In this document: piece after piece, positions 1 through 9,968 of the stretch
Position numbering within the stretch: the first letter of the stretch is position 1
Layout: the number at the start of each line of letters is the position of its first letter
Source: an uncultured Candidatus Saccharibacteria bacterium
GTDB taxonomy: Bacteria > Patescibacteriota > Saccharimonadia > Saccharimonadales > Saccharimonadaceae
DNA: 64,000 bases
NCBI GenBank assembly: GCA_964476395.1
Contig: CAYYYH010000001.1
Span: 5,222-69,221 of the forward strand
Direction of reading: 5' to 3'
Notes under the pieces: generated by a model
What the model saw: only the letters and a program-made list of their open reading frames with translations
What the model was told of the DNA's origin: nothing
Databases searched by the model: none
Program-made: the position numbers and the translations under genes

Positions 1-463
1 TTATGGCTTTCATCTCGTCGTCAAGAATGTTTATTACTTCCTCGCTGTTTGCATTTTCTTCCAAAAACTTCTCGTATTCTTGCTCCGACGTCGAAGTTTC
101 TACACTTTTTACGTTTTGATCTTGCTCAATTACGTTAGTCAAATCAGATAATGCTTGCTCAGATGTATTTGGCTTGAAATAAATCGTGATATCGATTTTA
201 TCCTTCATCATTTCGGCAGTACTAGTTAAAATCACACTCGCCACTACAGTCACAAAAAGAATAATAAGCGTAATTGCCATTACTACCGTTGCCGCCGTCG
301 AAAGCCAAATATTGCGCCCAAAACCCTTCGTCCCATATTTAACAATTCGTACTTTTTCACGCACAATATGACGATTGCGATTCTTTTGCATCGTCTTCAA
401 GCTTTTTTTGGAGACACTTTTTAGCTTCTTTTCTTTGCCTTCTTTTGTCCTACTTCCCACCAT
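1..463 (-). CDS. ftsX: Cell division permease FtsX (5' part; runs off window edge)
   Basis: Manual translation from ATG at 463 (overlapping ftsE stop): MVGSRTKEGK...IVKYGTKGFGRNIWLSTAATVVMAITLIILFV...KDKIDITIYFK; typical FtsX TM1 directly downstream of ftsE. Confidence 0.9.
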   Translation of the reverse strand, partial: MVGSRTKEGKEKKLKSVSKKSLKTMQKNRNRHIVREKVRIVKYGTKGFGRNIWLSTAATVVMAITLIILFVTVVASVILTSTAEMMKDKIDITIYFKPNTSEQALSDLTNVIEQDQNVKSVETSTSEQEYEKFLEENANSEEVINILDDEMKAI

Positions 464-1230
464 TAAATCACTCTCCTTCTTGGACGCAAAGCATGACCAG
501 GCGTCTGCACTTTACGCGCCGGTTGTTTTGGCACTGGCGTGCTATCAAGATTATAGATCCCATTATTCTTTTGATCGTTCACAATTTTACCATCTTTCAG
601 CGTTACTACCCTCTTCTGCAAATTATTAACGATATTTTCATTATGAGTTGTAACTAGAATCGTCGTCCCAAAATCATTAATTCTCTTTAACAAATCAATA
701 ATTTCTTTAGTTGTTAACTTATCCAAATTGGCCGTCGGCTCATCAGCAATTAAAATCTTTGGCTGCCTAGCTACTGAACGCGCAATCGAAACACGCTGCG
801 CCTGACCGCCCGAAAGCTGATCTGGAAATTTATTAGCTTGATCTAGCAAATCAACTAATTCCAATACTTTGGGTACCGTACGACGAATTTCCTTGCCGCT
901 CATCCCGGCGATCTCTAAGGCAAATGCCACATTCTCATAAACCGTTCGCCTTGGCAAAAGCTTAAAATCCTGAAACACCACGCCAAGTCTTCTGCGATAA
1001 CCAGGGATATGACGCTTTTTTACATAATCAAGATCAATTCCACCAATAATAATCTTTCCGGAATCAGGCACCTCTTCTTTAGTGATCATTTTCATCAGGG
1101 TCGACTTGCCAGCACCAGATTTTCCTACCAAAAACACAAACTCATTCGGCTCAATATGAAGAGACACCGAATCGAGTGCCGGCTCAGTATCACCGGGGTA
1201 CTTCTTTGTTACCGAGTCAAGCAATATCAT
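463..1230 (-). CDS. ftsE: Cell division ATP-binding protein FtsE
   Basis: Walker A GKSGAGKST, signature LSGGQAQRV, Walker B ILIADEPT; followed by ftsX. Confidence 0.95.
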   Translation of the reverse strand: MILLDSVTKKYPGDTEPALDSVSLHIEPNEFVFLVGKSGAGKSTLMKMITKEEVPDSGKIIIGGIDLDYVKKRHIPGYRRRLGVVFQDFKLLPRRTVYENVAFALEIAGMSGKEIRRTVPKVLELVDLLDQANKFPDQLSGGQAQRVSIARSVARQPKILIADEPTANLDKLTTKEIIDLLKRINDFGTTILVTTHNENIVNNLQKRVVTLKDGKIVNDQKNNGIYNLDSTPVPKQPARKVQTPGHALRPRRRVI

Positions 1231-1251
1231 ATAATATATTATAGCATAAGT

Positions 1252-3591
1252 TTATTTATGCTCAACTATTCTAAATGAAATGTTTCTTTCTGTTTGACCT
1301 TCAGGCTGATAAATCGAAAGTGGTAAGATCACCGCATCAGGATATTTGGCTTCAACTTCCTTCAGGGCTTCGGCATAAGTTTTATTTGTAGTGATAGTCA
1401 AATCTTCTTGTTTCTTCTCGCCCAACCATACAGCTTTCTTCGTGCCCATATTTTCTAAAACAACATCTAGATCAACAATTTCAAACCCAGCTAAATATGG
1501 CATTAGCTTAAACTGATTTCTCACTGAATTTTTAAATTCACCCACCACGCCAATCACCTCGCCATTAACCATTATATCTGCCGATCTCTTTGGTTCAAAT
1601 GGTTGCCATGCATCATCATTACATTTTTGAGGCACAAATTCCGCTACGATGTTTAATTCTTCCAATAGTTTGGCCACATAAAGCTTTGCCTTATAAAATG
1701 CTGTCTCATTATTCTTGCGCTCTGCCACTACAAACCCAAGCGACATTTTTTCTGCAGGCACTCCATCATCAACGCCCCACGTTTTATTGTAAACCTTATT
1801 CATTTCAAAAATCGCAAATCTTTCAACCGGAAGTTTTTGGTTCACATAAGTCTTTTCGAGCAAACTTGGCACTATCGATTGTCTAATATATTGAAGTTCT
1901 GGCGAAATTGAATTTATAATTTTGTATGATCGCAAAGGTTTTTGCCCAACTTTATCAAGCAATCTCTCGCTCACAAAACTATAAGTAAGGAGTTCATTCG
2001 CGCCAAAACGAGACATAATATTTCTAATCTGTTTCTTTAACTTCAACATTGGATTCTTTTCGGCAGTAGCGTGAAGAGGCAAAGTCGGCGTAATATTATC
2101 ATAACCAAGCAACCTACCAATTTCTTCAATAATGTCCTCTTTAATATGAATATCTGTCCGCCAAGTCGGAGTTTGAATCTCAAGAATCTCACCAGAAGAC
2201 ACCTTAAACCCAACATTACTGAGTGTCCTCACAATTAAATCATCGCCGTAGTTCGTGCCAAGCAGATCATTAATTTCTTTTGTTGTAATTTTTACAACAG
2301 ATGCTACTTGTGCCTCTGGATAGCAATCCCTAACCGCCAAAGGTTTACCACCAATTTCTTTCACTGCTTCAGCAAGCACATTAAACGTCTCACCTGCCGG
2401 CACGCCCTTAGTAAATCTCGTAATCGCTTCACTAAAAATCCCATGTGCCATTTGCGTTTTACGCAAGTTATACAAGCTAAACGAAGCAGACTCTAGAAGT
2501 ACATTCTTCGTTTCTTCATCAATCATTGTATTCTTTCCGCCCATCGCACCAGCCAGAGCCACTGGCGTGTCACCACTCGTAATCACGATATCGCTTTCGA
2601 TTAACTCAACTTCTGCATCATCGAGCAAAACCAACTTTTCGCCTTTTTTTGCCAATCTTACACCAATTTCGGGCACTTCCGTTTTACCAACTTTCAGAAA
2701 CTTATCGCAGTCAAAAGCGTGCAAAGGCTGACCAGTCAGTAACATCAAATAATTTGTCACATCCACAATGCGCGACACGCTCATCATACCAGACTTCGCA
2801 ATCAATACTTGCATCATCGATAAATACTTTTCTTTTTCAGTTGCTTCAGTTACTTTTAGAACCGCTGCCGAATACCGAGGGCAAATATCTTTATCTGCAA
2901 TTTTTACATTAATATCAGCCCCTTTGCTTTTTATTCCGTCCTTTGTGTATTCAAAAAAACCTTCAGGAAAGACATCTTCATGAAACAAAAACTCTGGATC
3001 TTTAAACTCTTGCCCCAAAATCCCAGCTATCTCTCTCGCAAACCCAATAATACCAAAACAATCTGGGCGATGTGTTAATGACTTATTCTCAATATCAAGA
3101 ATCAAATCATTTAAATCAAAAACATCAGCCAAAAGATCACCAGGTTTTGCCATTTCAGGATTAATTTCAACAATTCCACTATGGTCATCGCCAAAGTCCA
3201 ATTCATCTGCCCCCGCCAACATTCCATTAGATTCGTATTTATTTAGCATTTTGCGCGTACCAATCACAAAAGGCGCATCCTCATGCACACTCGCCGGCAC
3301 AATCGCACCCGGCGCAATCCAAGCCGCCAGCATCCCCGCATGTACATTTGGCGCACCACATACTACTTGCACCAATTCGGGCTCACCAACATTTATCTGA
3401 CAAAGAGAAAGATGCGTTTCTGGAATTTTCTCACAAGACTCTACCCGCACAACAAAAATCTTATCGTACTTATGCGTCTCATCAATTACGCCTTCAACTT
3501 CCACTAGCCTCGCACCGATCAGCTTTATCAACTCATCATTCGGAATTTTAATATCTACATATTTTTTTAGCCAATTCAAAGATACTTTCAT
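1252..3591 (-). CDS. pheT: Phenylalanine--tRNA ligase beta subunit (short C-terminal domain)
   Basis: VVCGAPNV, NRPDC-like THRPDC, DVTNY, GQPLHAFD, PTWRTDI motifs; downstream of pheS. Confidence 0.95.
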   Translation of the reverse strand: MKVSLNWLKKYVDIKIPNDELIKLIGARLVEVEGVIDETHKYDKIFVVRVESCEKIPETHLSLCQINVGEPELVQVVCGAPNVHAGMLAAWIAPGAIVPASVHEDAPFVIGTRKMLNKYESNGMLAGADELDFGDDHSGIVEINPEMAKPGDLLADVFDLNDLILDIENKSLTHRPDCFGIIGFAREIAGILGQEFKDPEFLFHEDVFPEGFFEYTKDGIKSKGADINVKIADKDICPRYSAAVLKVTEATEKEKYLSMMQVLIAKSGMMSVSRIVDVTNYLMLLTGQPLHAFDCDKFLKVGKTEVPEIGVRLAKKGEKLVLLDDAEVELIESDIVITSGDTPVALAGAMGGKNTMIDEETKNVLLESASFSLYNLRKTQMAHGIFSEAITRFTKGVPAGETFNVLAEAVKEIGGKPLAVRDCYPEAQVASVVKITTKEINDLLGTNYGDDLIVRTLSNVGFKVSSGEILEIQTPTWRTDIHIKEDIIEEIGRLLGYDNITPTLPLHATAEKNPMLKLKKQIRNIMSRFGANELLTYSFVSERLLDKVGQKPLRSYKIINSISPELQYIRQSIVPSLLEKTYVNQKLPVERFAIFEMNKVYNKTWGVDDGVPAEKMSLGFVVAERKNNETAFYKAKLYVAKLLEELNIVAEFVPQKCNDDAWQPFEPKRSADIMVNGEVIGVVGEFKNSVRNQFKLMPYLAGFEIVDLDVVLENMGTKKAVWLGEKKQEDLTITTNKTYAEALKEVEAKYPDAVILPLSIYQPEGQTERNISFRIVEHK

Positions 3592-4557
3592 TTAAAACTC
3601 CCTCAAAAAATTTAAATTACCAGCTTCAAAATGCCTCACATCATCTAGCCCATATTTAAACATTACCAAGCGATCAATCCCACCGCCCCAGGCAAAGCCG
3701 TGGTACTTAGTGGGGTCAATTCTAGCAGTTTTTAACACATTCGGGTGAATCATTCCACATCCAAGCATCTCGAGATAATCGCCCTTCTTCCCGCCAAGGC
3801 TTTTTGGCTTTTCAATCATAAATTCAAGAGAAGGTTCCGTAAACGGAAAATACCCCGGCTGAGTCCGAATATTCAGTTTTTGCCCATAGTACTTTTCAAA
3901 GAATTCCCTCAAAATCCCCAGCATATCCCCCATAGTACAGGTCTCCGATACATACACACCTTCACATTGATAAAAAGTATGCTCGTGCGTAGCGTCAACG
4001 TCCTCATTTCTAAATACTCTTCCTGGCACCACCACCGCAATCGCTTTGCCAGCTTCCAAATTCTTTTGATAAGCCTTTAGAACTCGGTACTGCATAGTCG
4101 AAGTATGCGCTGGCGGGATCAAACCCTCTTCTGTCCTAAAAGTATCATATCCATCACGCGCTGGATGGTCTTTTGCAAAATTCAAACTATCAAACATATG
4201 GAATTCATCATCCAGCTGTCGAGACTCCATCACGTCAAATCCCATCATCTGATATATCTCGACTACACGATCAAGCTCCGTCATTAATGGATGGCAAGAT
4301 CCAAGATCAGTCGGATAAAATTCTGGTAAAACTTCATTTGTACCCGACCACGCCGTTACATCAATAGGCTGAGCATCTTTATTCAGTAATTCGGCCTCAA
4401 TCTTTTCAATCTCCGTCAGAATTTCATTTTTTTGCTCATTCATTTTACGGCCAAACTCCGCCCGCTCTTCTACCGGTATCTCACGGATATTAGCATATTT
4501 AGCATTTAGCTCTTTTAGTTTTAATTTTAGCTTTTCTAGTTTTTCCGTGTCTTCCAT
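3592..4557 (-). CDS. pheS: Phenylalanine--tRNA ligase alpha subunit
   Basis: HPARD, AHTS, PGRVFR, DATH, YFPFTEPS, GCGMIHP, GFAWGGGIDRL motifs. Confidence 0.97.
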   Translation of the reverse strand: MEDTEKLEKLKLKLKELNAKYANIREIPVEERAEFGRKMNEQKNEILTEIEKIEAELLNKDAQPIDVTAWSGTNEVLPEFYPTDLGSCHPLMTELDRVVEIYQMMGFDVMESRQLDDEFHMFDSLNFAKDHPARDGYDTFRTEEGLIPPAHTSTMQYRVLKAYQKNLEAGKAIAVVVPGRVFRNEDVDATHEHTFYQCEGVYVSETCTMGDMLGILREFFEKYYGQKLNIRTQPGYFPFTEPSLEFMIEKPKSLGGKKGDYLEMLGCGMIHPNVLKTARIDPTKYHGFAWGGGIDRLVMFKYGLDDVRHFEAGNLNFLREF

Positions 4558-4566
4558 ATACTCCTT

Positions 4567-4608
4567 ATTATACCTCTAGTTGACAATTTTATCAATGTGT
4601 GGTATAAT
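4567..4608. promoter_or_regulatory. Overlapping back-to-back sigma70 promoters
   Basis: Minus: TTGATA(4590-4595)-17-TATAAT(4567-4572) before pheS. Plus: TTGACA(4580-4585)-17-TGG-TATAAT(4603-4608). Confidence 0.75.
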
Positions 4609-4624
4609 ATGAATATAGGTCAGT

Positions 4625-7231
4625 TTAAGCAATTAAACTACGGTTTCTTACGTTCGAGTATTCAAATCTACCACACCAAAAACAATATAAATCCTCTTTT
4701 AGCTTTTCGTCACGCACAAATGAAATCCTATGTTCAAGATTAAGGGCAAGCTCTCCAAATTGATATAAATTAGTCGGATCATAATTAGCAATAAATGAAA
4801 GATAAGATGCATAATTTAATGCTAAGGTCGCCTCATCCTTTGTCATACCTGACATCCTTGCAACCCTTCCCGCCACAGAGTTATCTCTTGGGAATTCTTT
4901 CCGGTATTCATCTTTTATTTTGGATACATTGCTCTGCGTACCGTCAATCAAAGATGACACCACGTCATAAAGTGTATATGCAGAGTATAATTCCATATTA
5001 GCTTGATCGCTATTGGAACTACTTAATGTATACTTAGAACCAGTCGCGATCCCAGAATCAACACCATCGCAAGCCTGAAAAATACCAAGCCAATCAAGAA
5101 TACCGCCACCACCTTTCTCGGCCTCACAAACTTGCGCACTTTTCACTCCCACCGTTGCGTCTCTCTCCATACTATATTTGACAAAATTCTGATACCCTTC
5201 ATCCTGCGCCATGTTACCCCATTGCGCCGCCGTACGTTTCATATATTTTGTGCTAATTGTATTATGCGAATTACAATACAAATCACCTTCAACATTTGCC
5301 GCTTTTTTGACAGTGGTACAATCCCCAGCCAAAGTAGTAAACTTTTGCTCACTGCCATTGGCCATTGCGTTACCAAGCAAACTATTCACTGAATCGCTTG
5401 TCAAATCCGCCACAGCCCCCATCGTAGAAGCAATACCAATACTACCAGAAGATGACGAATGGCTTATTAAGACCGTCGCAAAGCTATTTACAAGGCTTCC
5501 CATAAAAGTATTTGGTGAAGATATATCAAATGGGCTTAGCATAGCTCTATCCGCCTCCGCCTTCCGCGCCAAAGCAATATCGACATCATGCTGATATGCG
5601 GCAATCGTACCACTATCCGACGGCATCGCACCCAAAGACTTAGAATTAATAGTATTAGACAAATACGAACCACCCTCCACGATTCTATTGCCACCCACAA
5701 TACTGGAAAATACTTCATTGTTTAATTCAGCCGCAGACATCGCCACCGAACCAGTAGCCTTAGCCAAAGTATCGTCATCAGCCCCAGTCCATTCAAACAA
5801 ATTAGCAAGAATTGTTATACCAGATCTACCGCTATTTCCGTCGTTGATAGTTGTATCACCTACTTGATTATTACCAACAGTATCAGTAGCTATCAGCACG
5901 CGATCTCGCGAGAAATTGTTGGCCTCGTTTTTAGAATATCCTCCGCCCGATATTGCCGCTGCAAAATTTGTCGTCTCAAAAATAGATTTTTTAGCCACCA
6001 CATCTTCATTGGTATTTACATCTGTATATTTGATCTCCGTCGCCCTACTCAATGCATTCATGACTTGGTTAACCGGCCCATTTCCCTCAATCCTCGCACG
6101 CTGGATCGGCTCCTCAATTGCCAAAAATGCGCTCGCAGCCTGACGCGGTTCATTAGATGAAATTGCCGTATTCAAAAGCTGTGCTGCTTTATCCGTAGCG
6201 CTAGCACTGTCACTCCCCCGAGCCGCCTTTTTGACTTTACTAATCACCTCGCTAGCGTCACTACCAGTGGCTAGACTTGCCACATCGTCATCTGTACAGA
6301 CTAATTCCGTTCCACAACCAACCATATCCGACGACCCATCATTGCTCAAAACTTTGTCTAATATTGCATAAAAGGATTCTTCATCCTCCTCTTCATTTCC
6401 GGTACTCTTCCAACTATTAAACGAGCCTCTGGAAAGCCCAAGATCTCTATAAACTTGATCTACATCGCTACTATAATAAAACCTTGCTTTGACATCTAAA
6501 GCCTCAGAATAGGCCGCATACAACCTCGGATTCGACTCCACTGTAGCCACAAAATCATCCGCATTTACGACTTGCCCCTCAAACAGCACCGCTAGCTCAC
6601 CTTCAGAACCATTTCTATAATAATCAAAACCAGTGCCAGCTATTTCAAAAGTTTCGTCTATATTTGCAACATAATTATTAGTTCGCACAAAATCACCCTG
6701 GGCCGTTACTTGGCCAACAACTATTCCAGCATCCGCTAGATCGCCCGAAAACTCACCCGGCACTTTACCGTTAGCTAATTTCTCAGCCATTATATTTGTC
6801 GCTTGCGTTTCCAAAATAGCCATCGTACCTGAAAAACCTAAACTCTGCAATAAGTTAAAATCAACTGAGCCAATTTGCAACAAAGGAGAATTCAATATTA
6901 CCACTGCCACACCAGCAACCACTAACCCAAGGCCAGCTCCAATTGTCGCCGCTAGTTTAAATTTCTTCTTACCCTTTTCTGGCGTCGACGGCTGACCCTT
7001 ATTACCCGTAACAGAAGAACGCCAACCACCGGCAGCTTCACTCTGTGCTAAATTTTTTCCAGCATTTATAATGTTTCCCGCTGCTCCTTCTGCTGCGCCC
7101 AATTTATTTGCCGCCTGCTCATTTTTAGCGACAGGGCTAGGTGTATTTATTTTTTTACCTTTACCTCCATCACCACCCAAAAAATCAGGCAGTATACTAT
7201 TTTTTACGTCCTTTTTTACTGGATCATCCAT
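4625..7231 (-). CDS. Large membrane-anchored hypothetical protein (868 aa)
   Basis: Long ORF; charged low-complexity N-terminus, one hydrophobic segment (LAATIGAGLGLVVAGVAVVIL), large Ser/Ala/Gly-rich domain with paired Cys. Confidence 0.8.
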   Translation of the reverse strand: MDDPVKKDVKNSILPDFLGGDGGKGKKINTPSPVAKNEQAANKLGAAEGAAGNIINAGKNLAQSEAAGGWRSSVTGNKGQPSTPEKGKKKFKLAATIGAGLGLVVAGVAVVILNSPLLQIGSVDFNLLQSLGFSGTMAILETQATNIMAEKLANGKVPGEFSGDLADAGIVVGQVTAQGDFVRTNNYVANIDETFEIAGTGFDYYRNGSEGELAVLFEGQVVNADDFVATVESNPRLYAAYSEALDVKARFYYSSDVDQVYRDLGLSRGSFNSWKSTGNEEEDEESFYAILDKVLSNDGSSDMVGCGTELVCTDDDVASLATGSDASEVISKVKKAARGSDSASATDKAAQLLNTAISSNEPRQAASAFLAIEEPIQRARIEGNGPVNQVMNALSRATEIKYTDVNTNEDVVAKKSIFETTNFAAAISGGGYSKNEANNFSRDRVLIATDTVGNNQVGDTTINDGNSGRSGITILANLFEWTGADDDTLAKATGSVAMSAAELNNEVFSSIVGGNRIVEGGSYLSNTINSKSLGAMPSDSGTIAAYQHDVDIALARKAEADRAMLSPFDISSPNTFMGSLVNSFATVLISHSSSSGSIGIASTMGAVADLTSDSVNSLLGNAMANGSEQKFTTLAGDCTTVKKAANVEGDLYCNSHNTISTKYMKRTAAQWGNMAQDEGYQNFVKYSMERDATVGVKSAQVCEAEKGGGGILDWLGIFQACDGVDSGIATGSKYTLSSSNSDQANMELYSAYTLYDVVSSLIDGTQSNVSKIKDEYRKEFPRDNSVAGRVARMSGMTKDEATLALNYASYLSFIANYDPTNLYQFGELALNLEHRISFVRDEKLKEDLYCFWCGRFEYSNVRNRSLIA

Positions 7232-7263
7232 ATAATTTCATTATACCACTTATACTTATTTTC

Positions 7264-7497
7264 CTAAAAGAAAAAGATCGAAATTAATGACAGAATTGCC
7301 AAAGCAATTAACAAAATCCACACCCAGCCAAATTTACCTGTCTTTTTTAAATCTCTTAAATACTCTGCATCATCTACCAAATCAGGATCTTCGTTCTCTT
7401 CTTTTGAGTTACCGCTTAATTTGGCACGCAAATCAGCGTCAATCCTCCGCGACAATTCATCATTTTTAGTATTTTCTTTATTTACAATTACACCCAT
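7264..7497 (-). CDS. Small C-terminally anchored membrane protein
   Basis: Likely start at ATG 7497 (MGVIVNKE); charged body then GWVWILLIALAILSLISIFFF. Confidence 0.7.
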   Translation of the reverse strand: MGVIVNKENTKNDELSRRIDADLRAKLSGNSKEENEDPDLVDDAEYLRDLKKTGKFGWVWILLIALAILSLISIFFF

Positions 7498-7586
7498 ATT
7501 TTTCCTAAATAAATTACTAACTTTTTTATTATACCACACTAATTTTGTGATATAATAGCTAAAATATTATTTAAGGAGGTTTCCAA

Positions 7587-8504
7587 ATGGCGACGAAAAA
7601 GTCGAAGACGTCGAAGAAAGCCACTTCCAAGGCTACTGCGACGAAATCCAAAACTGCCGCGAAAACTGCGAAGAAGACAGAGCTCGAGGCCGTCAAAACC
7701 AACAAGGTGGAGCAAAAATCAAAAAATAAATCCTTCCTCAAAGGATTCTTTGCGCGAAAATATGAAGAAAAAGAGAGCATCCTCACCATTTTCAAAAACC
7801 GCAAATTCTACGGTTCGCTTCTTGGTGAAGTGCTTGGCACCATGCTTCTTGCATTATTGCTCTTCTCCATCTTCCTTATGGGCATTGCCAATATTGCGTC
7901 ATACGTTTTTGCCTTGATCGCAATCATCATCGCAATCTATGCATTTTCTGGCGCTTGTCTCAACCCAATCGTAGTTGTAGGCATGATGGCATCACGCCGC
8001 ATGTCAGTCATTCGCGGTATTATGTATATCATTGCTGAAATTGTCGGCGCATGGCTTGGTTGGCTAGTCTTTAACGGATTTCATGTTGCAGGCGGCGAAA
8101 CCGCTTACGATGTGTCAACCATAGCTGCTATTGCAGAAGGTGGCTTCTGGCCCATCGCTATGGTCGAGATCCTTGGCGCAATCATCATTGGATTCTTCTT
8201 TGCCAGAGCCATCGAATACAAACGCAGTGTATTTACTTTTGCCGCTATTATCGCTGGTGGTATTACGCTTGCAGCCGTTGTTGGATACGTAGTTTCGGCT
8301 GCTTTCCTTGGCGCCAACAACAACTTCATCTTTAACCCAGCTTTGGCCTTAATGATGAAAATTTTCCCATCAGCTGGTGACAGTTTTGGCGAAGTCCTCG
8401 GAGGCATCATGCAAGCTCTTTCAGCTTATGCAATCTTGCCAATGATTGGCGGAGTCCTTGGCTTCTACTTAGCAGACTTCACTACCAAGTTATCAGCCGA
8501 TTAA
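7587..8504 (+). CDS. MIP/aquaporin-family channel with Lys/Thr-rich N-terminal extension
   Basis: GEVLGT, SGACLNPI (first NPA variant), EIVGA, VEILG, FNPALA; six hydrophobic segments; SD AAGGAGG. Confidence 0.85.
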   Translation: MATKKSKTSKKATSKATATKSKTAAKTAKKTELEAVKTNKVEQKSKNKSFLKGFFARKYEEKESILTIFKNRKFYGSLLGEVLGTMLLALLLFSIFLMGIANIASYVFALIAIIIAIYAFSGACLNPIVVVGMMASRRMSVIRGIMYIIAEIVGAWLGWLVFNGFHVAGGETAYDVSTIAAIAEGGFWPIAMVEILGAIIIGFFFARAIEYKRSVFTFAAIIAGGITLAAVVGYVVSAAFLGANNNFIFNPALALMMKIFPSAGDSFGEVLGGIMQALSAYAILPMIGGVLGFYLADFTTKLSAD

Positions 8505-8513
8505 CCATCGACC

Positions 8514-8545
8514 AAAAAGACCACACTTAGTGTGGTCTTTTTTTT
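8514..8545. terminator. Bidirectional intrinsic terminator
   Basis: AAAAAGACCACAC-TTA-GTGTGGTCTTTTT between convergent MIP gene and metG. Confidence 0.9.
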
Positions 8546-9959
8546 ATTTCTTTGGAAACAGTGGTTCTTTTGGAGGTTTTATCTCTCCTCCGCCAAATAC
8601 ATCTTGCACCTTTTCCGCCGCACTTGGCAAGAATGGTAGAATCATTTTATTTACAACCAATAAATCGTATGCTAAAGTTTGCAAACATTTAGTTAGTCCA
8701 GAAACATCACCATTTTTAGCTAGTACCCATGGTTTTTCATCATCGATACGCTTATTTAAATCTTGAACTCTTTCCCAAACGTAGTCGAAAGCGCGTGAAA
8801 ATTCAAAGCTTTGCATCATGTTTTTGTAATCATCAGGAAGTTCAATATCTTCAACTATGCATTCGACGTGGTTTTTTGTCATTAAAATAGCTAACCTCTG
8901 CACCAAATTCCCAAAATCATTTGCTAGCTCGTTGTTATATGCATTTTCAAATTTTTCCCAACTAAAATCCGAGTCGGCAAAAGTATCAATATGTCTTAAG
9001 AAATAATACCTAAAGGCATCGATGCCGTACTGATTAATAACGTCCATTGGATCCACGACATTACCAATAGTCTTAGACATTTTTTGCCCATCACTTAATA
9101 CCATCCCGTGTGATACTATGACCTTTGGTAAAGGAAGCCCAAGCCCAAGCAACATTGCTGGCCAAATAATTGCATGAAATCTCAAAATATCTTTGCCCAC
9201 AAATTGAGCAATCGCTGGCCACCACTCCGAAATGTCCTTATCCGGATAGTTTAGAACAGTAATATAATTCGATAATGCATCGAGCCATACATACATAGTC
9301 TGCGAATCATCATCTGGCACCGGTATTCCCCAAGCCAACTGTGATTTAGGCCTAGAGATGGATACATCAGGAGACTCCTCCAAAAGCTTCAGTATCTCTT
9401 TGCGCCTAAAATCCGGCAAAATTAGCATTTCATTAGTTTCGATCGCCTGGCGAATCTGCTCTTTAAAATCAGAAATCCTATAATAATAGTTTTCTTCTTC
9501 TAATTTTTCATAAGGCTTCTGATGATCTGGACAAATTCCGTTGTTTTCATCATATTCTTTTTGCGTAATGAATCTTTCGCAACCAGTACAATACCAACCT
9601 TCATACTTAGCCAAATAAATATGGTCAGCTAGTTTTTTCCAAATCTTTTGCACCCGCTCTTTGTGCTCTTGATCTGAAGTCCTAATAAAATCTGTGTAAG
9701 AAATATCAAGCTCGGAAATAAAATCCCGAAACTTTTTTGCGTTACCATCTACATATTCTTGTGTAGGAACACCAACTTCCTTAGCTTTTTGGTCAATCTT
9801 ACTACCATGTTCGTCCGTACCAGCCTGAAGTCGCACTTCATCGCCTAATAAACGATAATACCTGGCACAAACATCCGCCAAGCAACAATCCATAGCATGC
9901 CCAATGTGCGGACGACCATTCATATATGGTATAGCAGTAGTAATATACCTTCTTGTCAT
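8544..9959 (-). CDS. metG: Methionine--tRNA ligase (short form)
   Basis: PYMNGRPHIGH, GTDEHG, WYCTGCE knuckle, YVWLDAL, GKDILRFH, KMSKT. Confidence 0.97.
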   Translation of the reverse strand: MTRRYITTAIPYMNGRPHIGHAMDCCLADVCARYYRLLGDEVRLQAGTDEHGSKIDQKAKEVGVPTQEYVDGNAKKFRDFISELDISYTDFIRTSDQEHKERVQKIWKKLADHIYLAKYEGWYCTGCERFITQKEYDENNGICPDHQKPYEKLEEENYYYRISDFKEQIRQAIETNEMLILPDFRRKEILKLLEESPDVSISRPKSQLAWGIPVPDDDSQTMYVWLDALSNYITVLNYPDKDISEWWPAIAQFVGKDILRFHAIIWPAMLLGLGLPLPKVIVSHGMVLSDGQKMSKTIGNVVDPMDVINQYGIDAFRYYFLRHIDTFADSDFSWEKFENAYNNELANDFGNLVQRLAILMTKNHVECIVEDIELPDDYKNMMQSFEFSRAFDYVWERVQDLNKRIDDEKPWVLAKNGDVSGLTKCLQTLAYDLLVVNKMILPFLPSAAEKVQDVFGGGEIKPPKEPLFPKK

Positions 9960-9968
9960 AAAAATATT

